DNA of 45,222 nucleotides from Pseudomonadota bacterium (GTDB lineage Bacteria; Pseudomonadota; Alphaproteobacteria; Micavibrionales; UBA2020): NCBI GenBank assembly GCA_016195185.1, contig JACQAA010000186.1, positions 1 to 45,222 of the forward strand, read 5' to 3'. Shown piece by piece: positions 35,611 to 45,222 of this stretch (position 1 is its first letter; each line of letters starts with the position of its first letter). The notes under the pieces were generated by a model. It saw only the letters and a program-made list of their open reading frames with translations, ran no database searches and was not told where the DNA came from. The position numbers and the translations under genes were made by a program.

Positions 35611-36072
35611 CTAAACAGCCGAGAGCCGGAACCAGGCGATTTTGTGGATCTGTTCCAGCGCCGTTTCAAATTCAGCGGCGGCACTATTGCCGAGGCGATT
35701 GCGGAAGGCGTGCAGGATGTCGGTGCGCGTCAGGCCTTTCACAGCAATAATGAAGGGAAAGCCGAACTTCTGTTTATACTCGGCATTGAGGCGCTTGAAT
35801 TCAGCAAATTCTTCCGGCGTGCACTGGTCCAGTCCCGCGCCTTTCTGTTCGGACACCGAGTCCTTGGTCATTTTCTGCGCGCAGGCCAAATCGGGGTGGG
35901 CGCGGATCAGCGCCAGTTTTTTGTCGTGGCTGGCGTTCATCACGGCGTTTTTCATCGCGGTATGGGTTTCCTCGAGCGTGTGATGCTGCGCAGCATAGGC
36001 GGCTTCGGCAATCCACGGCGAATGCTCGTAGATGCCGCGGTATTTTTTCAGGAAGGCGGTTTTATCGGACAT
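35611..36072 (-). CDS. uraD: 2-oxo-4-hydroxy-4-carboxy-5-ureidoimidazoline (OHCU) decarboxylase
   Basis: ..YEHSPWIAE.....................L..LIRAHPDL............S..EQ.GAGL......E...F..LN..Y..KFGFPFIIAV.G is the UraD signature. The start is taken at ATG 36072 and overlaps the puuE 3' end by 11 nt; the track's longer 237-aa version is an N-terminal read-through. Confidence 0.85.
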   Translation of the reverse strand: MSDKTAFLKKYRGIYEHSPWIAEAAYAAQHHTLEETHTAMKNAVMNASHDKKLALIRAHPDLACAQKMTKDSVSEQKGAGLDQCTPEEFAEFKRLNAEYKQKFGFPFIIAVKGLTRTDILHAFRNRLGNSAAAEFETALEQIHKIAWFRLSAV

Positions 36073-36955
36073 GGTGCTGATGCCAGTGCCGCGCGATATC
36101 GACCCGGCGGCAGATCCAGACTTTGTCGTGCTGCTTGATATATTGTAAAAACCGCTCCAGCGCCGCAATCCGCCCCGGCCGGCCCACCAGCCGGCAATGC
36201 AGACCGACCGACAGCATCTTGCCACCCTCGGCATAGAGCGTGTCAAAACTGTCCTTGATGTAGGTAAAATACTGCTCGCCGGAATTAAAGCCCTGCGCCG
36301 CGGCAAAGCGCATGTCGTTGACATCGAGCGTATAGGGAATAATCAGCTGTTTCCCATGCCAAAAGGGCAGGTCGTCACTGTAATCATCGGCGTCGTATAG
36401 AAACCCGCCCTCTTCTGCGACCAGGCGCCGCGTGTTCGGGCTGGTGCGCCCCGTGTACCAGCCCAGCGGGCGTTCCCCGGTCAGACGCTGAATAATCCCG
36501 ATCGCAAGGCGCATATGCTCGCGCTCGGTCTTTTCATCAATATCCTGATAGTTGATCCAGCGGTAACCATGCGAGCAGATTTCATGGCCATCACGGATAA
36601 AAGCCCTGGCCAGTTCCGGATATTTCTCTAGTGCCAGCGCCACGGCAAAAACCGTCACGGGAATATTATATTTCCTGAACAGCCGCAACAGGCGCCACAC
36701 ACCGGCGCGGCTGCCATACTCATAGATGGATTCCATGCTGATATGCCGCGCACCCTCAACCTTGGCGGCGCCAATGATCTCCGACAGAAAAGTTTCCGAA
36801 CCGGAATCTCCGTTTAAAACACAGTTCTCACCACCCTCCTCATAGTTCAGCACGAGCTGCACCGCAATCCGCGCTCCGTGCGGCCACTGGGGGTCGGGCG
36901 GATTTTCGCCATAGCCAATATAATCGCGTGTGTCTTTGAGTGGATTTTTTTTCAT
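36062..36955 (-). CDS. puuE: allantoinase PuuE (polysaccharide deacetylase family)
   Basis: ..[28 protein letters not shown]......D..SE..LSE... and ..HGYRWI.Y.. are hallmark PuuE sequences. Start moved to ATG 36955. Confidence 0.9.
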   Translation of the reverse strand: MKKNPLKDTRDYIGYGENPPDPQWPHGARIAVQLVLNYEEGGENCVLNGDSGSETFLSEIIGAAKVEGARHISMESIYEYGSRAGVWRLLRLFRKYNIPVTVFAVALALEKYPELARAFIRDGHEICSHGYRWINYQDIDEKTEREHMRLAIGIIQRLTGERPLGWYTGRTSPNTRRLVAEEGGFLYDADDYSDDLPFWHGKQLIIPYTLDVNDMRFAAAQGFNSGEQYFTYIKDSFDTLYAEGGKMLSVGLHCRLVGRPGRIAALERFLQYIKQHDKVWICRRVDIARHWHQHHVR

Positions 36956-36972
36956 GGCAACATTCTTATTTT

Positions 36973-36982
36973 TGGTATACAA
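36973..36982. promoter_or_regulatory. GntR/FadR-like operator candidate in the puuE / uraH divergent promoter
   Basis: TGGTATACAA matches the palindrome TGGTATACCA at 9 of 10 positions and is centred in the 51-bp divergent intergenic region. Confidence 0.2.
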
Positions 36983-37006
36983 ATCAGGATAGCAGGAGCA
37001 CTGGCA

Positions 37007-37357
37007 ATGGGCAAGCTGACAACACATGTTCTCGACACGGCGCACGGCTGTCCCGGCAGGGGCATGACGGTGCGCCTTTACAGGTGCGGCAAAAAAGATG
37101 CACTGCTGGCGACAACAAAAACCAATGCCGATGGGCGCTGCGCCGCACCGATTTTATCCGGCAAGGAAATGAAGGCCGGCCGCTACCGGCTGGAGTTTGA
37201 TGTCGCCGCCTATTTCAAAAGCAAAGGCGTCAAGCTGGCCAGAACCCCGTTTCTGGATACTGTCGTCATCAGTTTCGGCATTGCTGACGCCAAGGCGCAC
37301 TACCATGTGCCGCTGCTGGTCTCGCCCTATGGCTATAGCACTTATCGCGGCAGCTGA
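37007..37357 (+). CDS. uraH: 5-hydroxyisourate hydrolase (transthyretin-like)
   Basis: [14 protein letters not shown]...M.V.L............T..T.N.DGR and the C-terminal YSTYRGS signature. AGGAG SD before ATG 37007. Confidence 0.9.
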   Translation: MGKLTTHVLDTAHGCPGRGMTVRLYRCGKKDALLATTKTNADGRCAAPILSGKEMKAGRYRLEFDVAAYFKSKGVKLARTPFLDTVVISFGIADAKAHYHVPLLVSPYGYSTYRGS

Positions 37358-38502
37358 TCCAGCCCCGCGCCCAGCTTTCGCCGTTCTTCTTCCGTCATGT
37401 TTTTCTCGTTGCCCAGCGGCATATCCTTGATCTCGACCGCCCGCGCCTTGATGCGCGGTGCGTGCTTTTTGATTTGCTCCATGGTGTCAAACATCACGCC
37501 CAGGGGCGCTTCGGCCATGCCGGTATGGGTTGGCGTGTCGCTATGACAGGCGCTGCAATGCGTCCGGATCAGGCTGCGTACTTCGGCGGCGGAAACCTTT
37601 TCACCGGACACCGCTCCGGCTGTGCCATTGAAGACACCAGAGGAAAATAACATCACCAGCACAAACAGTACGCTGCCAATAGCCGGATACCAGTAATTGA
37701 CATCGCCCTTATGCTTCAGATTGAAAAACTGGCGGATAAACCACGAAGCGGCGCTCAAACCCGCCAGGATCAGCCAGTTATAAGGATGGCCGAACAGCAT
37801 GGGGTAGTGGTTGCTGATCATGATCAGCAGCACGGGCAGCGTCATATAGTTATTGTGCAGCGAGCGCTGTTTGGCCTGCGCCCCGAGGCGCGGATCGGGC
37901 TTTTTGCCGGCCAGCAGCGCGGCAACAACTTTTTTCTGGTTGGGAATGATGACAAAAAAAACATTGGCCACCATCACCGTGCCGATCATGGCGCCGACAT
38001 GGATATAAGCGCCGCGTCCGCTAAAAATCTGGTTCAGCGCATAGGCGGCCCCTGTCAGGGCCAGAAACCAGATACAGCCGAACAGCCGGTTATTTTTACC
38101 GATGTCAGTTTTGCACAGGCTGTCATAAAAGATCCAGCCCCCGGCAATAAACGCCAGCCCGAGCAGAACCGCCTCCCCCGGGTCCAGATACATCTTGGCA
38201 TGATCGATCAGATTAAGGCCGGCGCCGTAATAATAGACCAGTGACAGCAGCAAAAAACCGCTGATCCAGGTAAAATACGCCTCCCATTTGAACCAGTGCA
38301 GATCTTCCGGCATATGATCAGGCGCCACCAGGTATTTTTTCTTGTGATAAAAGCCGCCGCCATGCACCGCCCAGAGCTCGCTATCTTTCAAACTGTTATC
38401 AAGCCAGACGAAGTAAAAGGACGAGCCGATCCAGGCAATCCCCGTGATCAGGTGCAGCCAGCGCAGCGCCAGCCCGATCCAGGCGACAAAATCGATTTCC
38501 AT
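37342..38502 (-). CDS. puuD: urate hydroxylase PuuD (membrane protein with C-terminal cytochrome c domain)
   Basis: N-terminus ..[25 protein letters not shown].., multiple TM segments and a C-terminal CSACH haem-binding motif. Confidence 0.85.
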   Translation of the reverse strand: MEIDFVAWIGLALRWLHLITGIAWIGSSFYFVWLDNSLKDSELWAVHGGGFYHKKKYLVAPDHMPEDLHWFKWEAYFTWISGFLLLSLVYYYGAGLNLIDHAKMYLDPGEAVLLGLAFIAGGWIFYDSLCKTDIGKNNRLFGCIWFLALTGAAYALNQIFSGRGAYIHVGAMIGTVMVANVFFVIIPNQKKVVAALLAGKKPDPRLGAQAKQRSLHNNYMTLPVLLIMISNHYPMLFGHPYNWLILAGLSAASWFIRQFFNLKHKGDVNYWYPAIGSVLFVLVMLFSSGVFNGTAGAVSGEKVSAAEVRSLIRTHCSACHSDTPTHTGMAEAPLGVMFDTMEQIKKHAPRIKARAVEIKDMPLGNEKNMTEEERRKLGAGLDQLPR

Positions 38503-38504
38503 GA

Positions 38505-40052
38505 TTATTCCCTTTCGTAACCCAGAACGACGTCATAGGCCGGCGTCGTCAAAAACTCCTCCAGAACCGGCGCCATGACAAGGTTTTGAAACAAGGTGAC
38601 CGCATCACGCAGGTATCTGTCCTCTTCCATCTTCGCCCCTTCCTCCTTGAGGAGGGACTGCATCAGCGCATCATCAATCACGCGGCCATCCTGCAACCGG
38701 GCTTTATGCCGCCGCCATTGCCAGAGTTGCGTGCGGGAAATTTCTGCTGTGGCCGCATCTTCCATCATATTGTAGATAGGCACGCAGCCGTTGCCGCCAA
38801 GCCAAGACCGCAAATACAACAGCCCGACATTAATATTACGGCGCAGCCCCGCTTCAGTAATCACACCGGGTGGCGGGGCGAGCAGGTCTTCGGCTGCCAT
38901 GGTCACATCGGGTCTCATTTTGCCCAGCTGGTGGGGGCCCGGCATGGCATGGTCAAAGATTTCTTTCGCCTTCTGCACCAGCCCCGGATGCGCGACCCAG
39001 GTGCCGTCATGTCCATCCGCCGCCTCGCGTGTTTTATCAGCAACAAATTTTTCGAGGGCGATGCGATTGGCCTCTTCATCGTTTTTGATCGGAATCTGCG
39101 CCGCCATGCCGCCCATGGCATGGGCCTTGCGGCGGTGACAGGTTTTGATCAGGTTCAGGCTATAGGAGCGCAGAAAGTGACAGGTCATCGTCACGTCGCC
39201 CCGGTCCGGCAGGATACGGTCAGGATGATTGGCAAAGCGCTTGATGAAACTGAAAATATAATCCCAGCGCCCGCAGTTGAGTCCGACAATATGATCGCGC
39301 AGCTCGGACAAGATCTCGTCCATCTGGAAGCTGGCGGTGATCGTCTCGATCAGCACCGTCACGCGGACCGTGCCCCGCGCCAGACCCAGGAAATCTTCAG
39401 CATAAACCAGCACATCATTCCACAGCCGCGCCTCGTGATAGCTTTCCAGCTTCGGCAGGTAAAAGTAAGGTTTGCGGCGGTTGTGAAAAAGATAAAGGCC
39501 GAAATCAAAAAACGCGGCCGAGAGATATTTTCCACCCAGCGTCGCATGTTTTTCTTCCATGTGCAGCCCGCGCGGGCGCACCATCAATACGGCGACTTTA
39601 TCCTTCAGCCGGTAGTCCTTGCCCGTGGCCGGATCAGAAAAATGGATGGTGCCGTGATTGGCTTCCAGCAGGTTGATCTGCCCATTGATCTGGTTCGACC
39701 AGGTCGGCGTATTGGAATCCTCGAAATCCGCCATAAATCCGCTGGCGCCGGAATTGAGCGCGTTGATCACCATCTTGCGGTCGACGGGGCCGGTAATTTC
39801 CACACGGCGGTCCTGCAAATCGTCCGGAGCGGGGCGCACCGACCAATCGGCGGCGCGGATGCCTGCCGTCTCCGCCGGAAAATCCAGCGTCCCCGTTTTA
39901 TCCAGTTCCCGCTGCCGCGCGCAGCGGTCATCCAGCAGGGCGCGCCGGCGCGCGCCAAACTTTTTTTCCAGACTGGCCAGAAAATCCAGCGCGGCCGGGG
40001 TCAAAATCGTCTCCTGCCCTTTAACCGGCGGCGCCGTGATCTTGATGGACAT
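38505..40052 (-). CDS. aceB: malate synthase A
   Basis: ..RRVEITGPVDRKMVINALNSGA..FMADFEDS..PTW.N.I.GQ.NL.. , ..VRPRG.H..EKH.. and ..LNCGRWDYIFS.IK.. At 515 aa it is A-type length. Confidence 0.9.
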   Translation of the reverse strand: MSIKITAPPVKGQETILTPAALDFLASLEKKFGARRRALLDDRCARQRELDKTGTLDFPAETAGIRAADWSVRPAPDDLQDRRVEITGPVDRKMVINALNSGASGFMADFEDSNTPTWSNQINGQINLLEANHGTIHFSDPATGKDYRLKDKVAVLMVRPRGLHMEEKHATLGGKYLSAAFFDFGLYLFHNRRKPYFYLPKLESYHEARLWNDVLVYAEDFLGLARGTVRVTVLIETITASFQMDEILSELRDHIVGLNCGRWDYIFSFIKRFANHPDRILPDRGDVTMTCHFLRSYSLNLIKTCHRRKAHAMGGMAAQIPIKNDEEANRIALEKFVADKTREAADGHDGTWVAHPGLVQKAKEIFDHAMPGPHQLGKMRPDVTMAAEDLLAPPPGVITEAGLRRNINVGLLYLRSWLGGNGCVPIYNMMEDAATAEISRTQLWQWRRHKARLQDGRVIDDALMQSLLKEEGAKMEEDRYLRDAVTLFQNLVMAPVLEEFLTTPAYDVVLGYERE

Positions 40053-40833
40053 GATCTTCCTCTCTCACTGTATTGTGCGTCAGGCCGAGGGTCAGCAGTT
40101 CGGCGGCAACGGAAATGGCAATTTCGCGCGGGTGCTTGCCGTTCACCCCTTCAATTCCGATCGGGCACGTCAGGCCCTTGATGTCCAGGCCCAGCGCCGC
40201 CAATCGCTTTCTGAACCGTGCCGCCTTGGTATCGGACCCGATCAGGCCCAGATAGGCAAAGCGCCCCTGCTCCAGTGCCGCTTTGACGATCTCAAAATCC
40301 AGATTGTGGCTATGCGTCATGACCAGAATATACGTGCTCTCGGAACTATGCTCCAGTTGTGACAGGGGGCGCGCTGTCACCACCTTCTCGCAATTCTTGG
40401 GCAGGGCAGACGGAAATTCTTCGGGCCGTTCGTCGACCCAGCGCACCTTAACCGGCAGGCCCTCCAGCACCTTGACCACCTCGCGGCCGACATGTCCGGC
40501 GCCAAATAACAGCAACATCTTTCCGGAAGGAATGAACGGCTCCAGAAACACCGTCACCGCGCCGCCGCAGCATTGTGCCAGCGCCGGGCCCAGAGGATAA
40601 TCCTTGACCTGTGCCGCACCGGCAGCAGCCATGAGCAGCTTGCGCGCCTCGCCCACGGCCTGAAATTCAAGATTGCCGCCGCCGATGGTGCCGAATTGCT
40701 GGTCCGTCGTTACCACCATCTTGGTTCCAGCCTCGCGCGGAGTGGAACCCTTCGCTTCCATGATCGTCAGCAGGACGCAGGGGATGCTTTTGTCCCGTAA
40801 CTCGGCCAGGGCGGAAAGCCATTCCTGCGTCAT
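40021..40833 (-). CDS. xdhC: xanthine dehydrogenase accessory protein XdhC
   Basis: ..CVLLTI.E.KGSTPREAG.KM.V.......GTIGGG.LE.. and the Rossmann-like ..LLFGAGHVGR.. Its ATG overlaps the xdhB stop by 4 nt. Confidence 0.85.
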   Translation of the reverse strand: MTQEWLSALAELRDKSIPCVLLTIMEAKGSTPREAGTKMVVTTDQQFGTIGGGNLEFQAVGEARKLLMAAAGAAQVKDYPLGPALAQCCGGAVTVFLEPFIPSGKMLLLFGAGHVGREVVKVLEGLPVKVRWVDERPEEFPSALPKNCEKVVTARPLSQLEHSSESTYILVMTHSHNLDFEIVKAALEQGRFAYLGLIGSDTKAARFRKRLAALGLDIKGLTCPIGIEGVNGKHPREIAISVAAELLTLGLTHNTVREEDHVHQDHGAAG

Positions 40834-43100
40834 CCCATCACCGCCTTCAGCACTTCTTCCGGCGTGGCCGGGGCGTTGAGGCGGGGATTCTTTTTGACGG
40901 CGGCCACCGCGTCCTTGATCGCCAGAAACACCGAAATGCCCAGCATCAACGGCGGCTCGCCCACAGCTTTAGAGCGATAGAGCGTATCTTCTTGATTCTC
41001 CTCGTCAAACAGGGCGACACGAAAATCTTTGGGGATGTCGCGCCCGGTCGGGATCTTATAGGTGCTGGGTGCATGCGTTTTCAAGATGCCCTTGTCGTTC
41101 CACCACAGCTCCTCGGAGGTCAGCCAGCCCACCCCCTGTACAAACCCGCCTTCAATCTGGCCGATATCGATTGCCGGATTGAGGGAACGCCCGACATCGT
41201 GCAGGATATCGCTGCGCAGAATAGTGTATTCTCCGGTCAGGGTGTCGACGATCACCTCTGAAATCGCCGCGCCATAGGAAAAATAAAAGAACGGACGGCC
41301 GCGCGCCGCTTGGCGATCCCAGTCGATTTTCGGCGTCTTGTAAAACCCGGTCGAAGACAGGGAAATACGATTGGCATAGGCCAGCTGGACCAGTTCCTTG
41401 AAGGGCAAATTCTCTTTGCCAATACTGGCGGCGAAAGCGGTGAGGCGGTCTTTAACCGTTCGTGCCGCCGCCTGCGCCGCCTTGCCATTGAGGTCAGAAC
41501 CGCTCGAGGCCGCCGTCGCCGAGGTATTCGGCACTTTGCCGGTGCTGGTCGCGGTGATTTTGACACGATCGATACCGATCCCGAATTCATCCGCCACCGC
41601 ATGCGCCACCTTGATATGCAGTCCCTGTCCCATCTCGGTGCCGCCGTGATTAAGCTGCACGCTGCCGTCTTTATAGACATGCACCAGCGCACCTGCCTGA
41701 TTGAGCATGGTCAGCGTAAAACTGATGCCAAATTTGACGGGTGTCAGCGCCATGCCCTTTTTGAGGATTTTGCTCTCGGCATTGAATTTTTTAATCTCCT
41801 GCATGCGCCGGTGGTAGTCGCCGGTTTTTTCCAGCTGGGCAAACAGCTCCTGCGTAATATTATCCTCGACCGTCATGTGATAATGCGTGGTGCAGCGCTG
41901 ACCGAGCTTGCCTTTCGCATCATAAAGGTTGACCTTACGCACTTCGAGCGGATCTTTGCCCAGGGCGCGGGCGATCTCGTCAATAATATATTCAATGACC
42001 AGCATGCCCTGCGGCCCGCCAAAGCCGCGAAAGGCGGTATTGGACACTTTGTGGGTCTTGCAGCGGTAGCTGGTGATGGTGGCATTGCCGAGGTAATAGG
42101 TATTGTCGGAATGAAACATGGCGCGGTCGGCAATGGCATTCGATAAATCCGCCGAAAAGCCGCAATTCACCGCATGGGTGATCTCAAGGCCCCCGATCAA
42201 CCCCCGGTCATCAAACCCCACCTTATACGCCGCATGAAAATCGTGGCGCTTGCCGGTCATGATCATGTCGTCATCGCGGTCGAGCCGCACCTTGACCGGC
42301 CGGCCTGACTTGCGGGCCAGCAGCGCCGCCACGCAGGCGAACAGCGACGCCTGACTCTCCTTGCCGCCGAAGGCGCCGCCCATGCGCCGCACATCGACCG
42401 TCACGGCGTGGTCAGGGATGTTCAAAACCTTGGCAATCAGGTGCTGCACTTCTGACGGATGCTGGGTCGAGGACCAGCAATGCATCTCGCCATTTTCCAG
42501 CGGGGTCGCCAGTGCCACCTGCCCCTCCAGATAAAAATGATCCTGTCCGCCAATATTCATCCCCCCGCTCAGCCGATGCCGGGACTTGGCCATACCGGCA
42601 GCACTATCACCGATCTGCATGGTGTAGGGGTCACCCACAAAAGATTTCTCGCGGAGGGCGGTGTGCACATCCAGGATAGCCGGCAATTCCTCATAGCTGA
42701 CCACCGCCTTCTGCGCAGCCATACGCGCCATCTCCACAGTCTCGGCCGCCACTGCCAGAACAGACTGCCCGGCATAGAACACTTCTTTGTCGGCGAAAAC
42801 CGGGTCGCCGGAAAAAACCGGCGCCACATCATTGACGCCCGGAATGTCTGCCGCCGTCATCACCGCATGGACGCCCGGCCTGTAACAGGCAGACACATCT
42901 ATCTTTTTGATACGTGCGTGAGCGTGCGGGCTTTTCAGGATATAGGCCCGCAGGCATCCCGCCGGCTCTGGAATATCGTCGGTATAGGTTGCGGTGCCGG
43001 TCACGTGCAGCACCGCGCTGTCATGCGCCAGGGACTGACCCGTGACCGGATCAGCCTTGGTCATCGCGATAAACCCTGCGGCGCCGTCAAGCTTGGCCAT
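40830..43100 (-). CDS. xdhB: xanthine dehydrogenase molybdopterin-binding subunit
   Basis: ..GGAFGGKE.., ..[10 protein letters not shown].., ..GTEMGQG.. and ..SKAVGEPP.. are XdhB/aldehyde-oxidase family motifs. Confidence 0.92.
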   Translation of the reverse strand: MAKLDGAAGFIAMTKADPVTGQSLAHDSAVLHVTGTATYTDDIPEPAGCLRAYILKSPHAHARIKKIDVSACYRPGVHAVMTAADIPGVNDVAPVFSGDPVFADKEVFYAGQSVLAVAAETVEMARMAAQKAVVSYEELPAILDVHTALREKSFVGDPYTMQIGDSAAGMAKSRHRLSGGMNIGGQDHFYLEGQVALATPLENGEMHCWSSTQHPSEVQHLIAKVLNIPDHAVTVDVRRMGGAFGGKESQASLFACVAALLARKSGRPVKVRLDRDDDMIMTGKRHDFHAAYKVGFDDRGLIGGLEITHAVNCGFSADLSNAIADRAMFHSDNTYYLGNATITSYRCKTHKVSNTAFRGFGGPQGMLVIEYIIDEIARALGKDPLEVRKVNLYDAKGKLGQRCTTHYHMTVEDNITQELFAQLEKTGDYHRRMQEIKKFNAESKILKKGMALTPVKFGISFTLTMLNQAGALVHVYKDGSVQLNHGGTEMGQGLHIKVAHAVADEFGIGIDRVKITATSTGKVPNTSATAASSGSDLNGKAAQAAARTVKDRLTAFAASIGKENLPFKELVQLAYANRISLSSTGFYKTPKIDWDRQAARGRPFFYFSYGAAISEVIVDTLTGEYTILRSDILHDVGRSLNPAIDIGQIEGGFVQGVGWLTSEELWWNDKGILKTHAPSTYKIPTGRDIPKDFRVALFDEENQEDTLYRSKAVGEPPLMLGISVFLAIKDAVAAVKKNPRLNAPATPEEVLKAVMG

Positions 43101-44526
43101 AGTTATAGACCCTCATGCCGGTTTTGGCGCCAGTGGTTTCGAGATAAAAGCGATAGAGCAGGTTGGCGGCAGCCATAGCGCGATAGCCCGCTGACGCACG
43201 CATATCGCTCACTGGTGAAAAATCCAGGCTCATGGCCGCCATGGCCTGACGCACTGTCGCCTCGCTCCAGGTCTTGCCCTGCAGGGCCGCTTCAGTTTTG
43301 GCAGCCCGTTTGGGCGTCGCCGCCATGCCGCCAAAGGCAATACGCGCTGCCATGATCACATCCCCCTTCAGTGTCAAGGCGAAAGCGCCGCAGACCGCCG
43401 AAATATCCTGATCAAAGCGCTTGGAGACTTTATAGGTCTTGAACAACATATCTGGCGGCTTCGCCGGGACAATAATTTTTTCGACAAACTCGCCGGATTT
43501 CCGGTCCTGTTTTTTGTAGTCCAGATAAAAATCTTCCAGCGGCAGCGTCCGCGCACCGGTTTTTGACCGAAGAACAATGGCGGCCGAGAGCGCGATCAAT
43601 GGCGGCATGCCATCGCCGATTGGCGAGCCATTGGCAATGTTGCCGCCAAGGGTGCCGAGGTTGCGCACCTGCGTCGAGCCCAGCCGGCGCAATAACTCTT
43701 CCAGACTCTCATCGTAAGCGGCAAGACGGTCAAAAGCCGTGCTGTAACTGACGGCCGCACCGATCTCCAGCCCCGCCGGAGTCTCCCGCACCTGCTGTAA
43801 GGAAGCTACGTTGCCGGTATAGATAATCGTCTCGAGGGCCTGATAATGCTTGGTGACCCAGAGCCCGACATCCGTCCCGCCCGCCAGCAGCGTTGCGGCG
43901 GGATATTGCCCCAGCACCTCTGCCAGTTCTTCCACCGTCCGCGGCGAAAAGAATTTCCCGCCGCCCGCCGCATAAGAAAACATGTTTTTCCGCTGCAGGG
44001 CTTTGAGTGTTGTGATATCCGAACTCAGATAACGTGCCGAGGCTTTGCGGGCCATGCGGGCAGCATCAAGGATCGGGCGGTAGCCGGTGCAGCGACAGAG
44101 ATTGCCGGCGATGGCGTCCTGGATATGTTCATCTGTCGCCGCGGGCTCATTATGCAGCAGATTGGTCAGTGACATGATGAATCCCGGCGTGCAGAACCCG
44201 CACTGCGACCCGTGACAGGCGACCATCGCTTTCTGCACCGGATTCATCTGGAGATGTTCGACCGTGATAACATGGCGGCCATCCAGCGTCGGCAGAAAGA
44301 CGATACAGGCATTGACCGCCTGATACCGCACCCCCTCTCCCGCCAGTTCACCAATAATCACCGTGCAGGCGCCGCAATCGCCCTCGGCGCAGCCTTCCTT
44401 GGTGCCCGTCAGCCGTTCCTGCAGCCGCAGGTATTGCAGGATCGTGGTCGTCGGCGGCAGGTGAGAAACCTCCCGCAGCTCGTTGTTGAGCATGAATTTT
44501 ATGGCGTCTGGCATAGCGGAAAACAT
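43087..44526 (-). CDS. xdhA: xanthine dehydrogenase small subunit ([2Fe-2S] + FAD-binding)
   Basis: [12 protein letters not shown] and [12 protein letters not shown] iron-sulfur motifs, CRCTGYRPI, then a FAD-binding domain (..LLAGGTD.G..). Confidence 0.92.
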   Translation of the reverse strand: MFSAMPDAIKFMLNNELREVSHLPPTTTILQYLRLQERLTGTKEGCAEGDCGACTVIIGELAGEGVRYQAVNACIVFLPTLDGRHVITVEHLQMNPVQKAMVACHGSQCGFCTPGFIMSLTNLLHNEPAATDEHIQDAIAGNLCRCTGYRPILDAARMARKASARYLSSDITTLKALQRKNMFSYAAGGGKFFSPRTVEELAEVLGQYPAATLLAGGTDVGLWVTKHYQALETIIYTGNVASLQQVRETPAGLEIGAAVSYSTAFDRLAAYDESLEELLRRLGSTQVRNLGTLGGNIANGSPIGDGMPPLIALSAAIVLRSKTGARTLPLEDFYLDYKKQDRKSGEFVEKIIVPAKPPDMLFKTYKVSKRFDQDISAVCGAFALTLKGDVIMAARIAFGGMAATPKRAAKTEAALQGKTWSEATVRQAMAAMSLDFSPVSDMRASAGYRAMAAANLLYRFYLETTGAKTGMRVYNYGQA

Positions 44527-44542
44527 AGCATTTCCGCCTTAA

Positions 44543-45222
<680 letters not shown>

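Noticed and set aside
38586-40181. 531-aa plus-strand ORF antisense to malate synthase and xdhC
   Set aside because: It lies inside two confidently identified genes, is Arg/Gly/His/Pro-rich, and has no motif.

Overview
Tightly packed chromosomal segment, most likely from an alphaproteobacterium. That assignment is an inference from the flbT/flaF flagellin regulators, the bamE / der-bamB-yfgM-like arrangement and clpS-clpA. I call about 45 protein genes and saw no rRNA, tRNA, CRISPR array, transposase or integrase.

Left third (1-15.5 kb): two divergent GH13 sugar genes, cysQ, envelope and ribosome-assembly housekeeping genes, an isolated flagellin-flbT-flaF module, ung, trpS and an MFS transporter.

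Right quarter (33-45.2 kb): a near-complete purine to glyoxylate to malate catabolic cluster. It comprises xdhA-xdhB-xdhC-malate synthase-puuD, uraH, puuE-uraD, allantoicase, ureidoglycolate lyase and an adenine/adenosine deaminase. A guanine-deaminase-like gene sits apart at 22.6 kb.

The unusual material lies in between:
- Two tandem pairs of ankyrin-repeat proteins (15.6-17.1 kb and 26.8-28.1 kb) share a roughly 70-aa C-terminal domain that I cannot assign to any named family.
- A 1187-aa orphan protein is transcribed back-to-back with the second ankyrin pair.
- An EpmA (EF-P beta-lysine ligase) carries a roughly 190-aa C-terminal ankyrin extension and is clustered with epmB and rimO.
- Ten function-unknown ORFs across the window end in short Pro/Lys/Arg-rich basic tails.

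Together these suggest a set of host-directed or secreted proteins, and this is the best candidate for an undescribed system here. That reading is inference only; no secretion machinery is visible in the window.

Smaller observations: a 24-nt motif shared by the flagellin and flbT upstream regions, a 135-bp MITE-like palindromic element, a long AT-rich leader before rhlE, and operator-like palindromes in purine-gene promoters.

Several start codons in the ORF track were revised from promoter, Shine-Dalgarno and homology logic. All homology calls come from reading motifs by eye, not from database searches.
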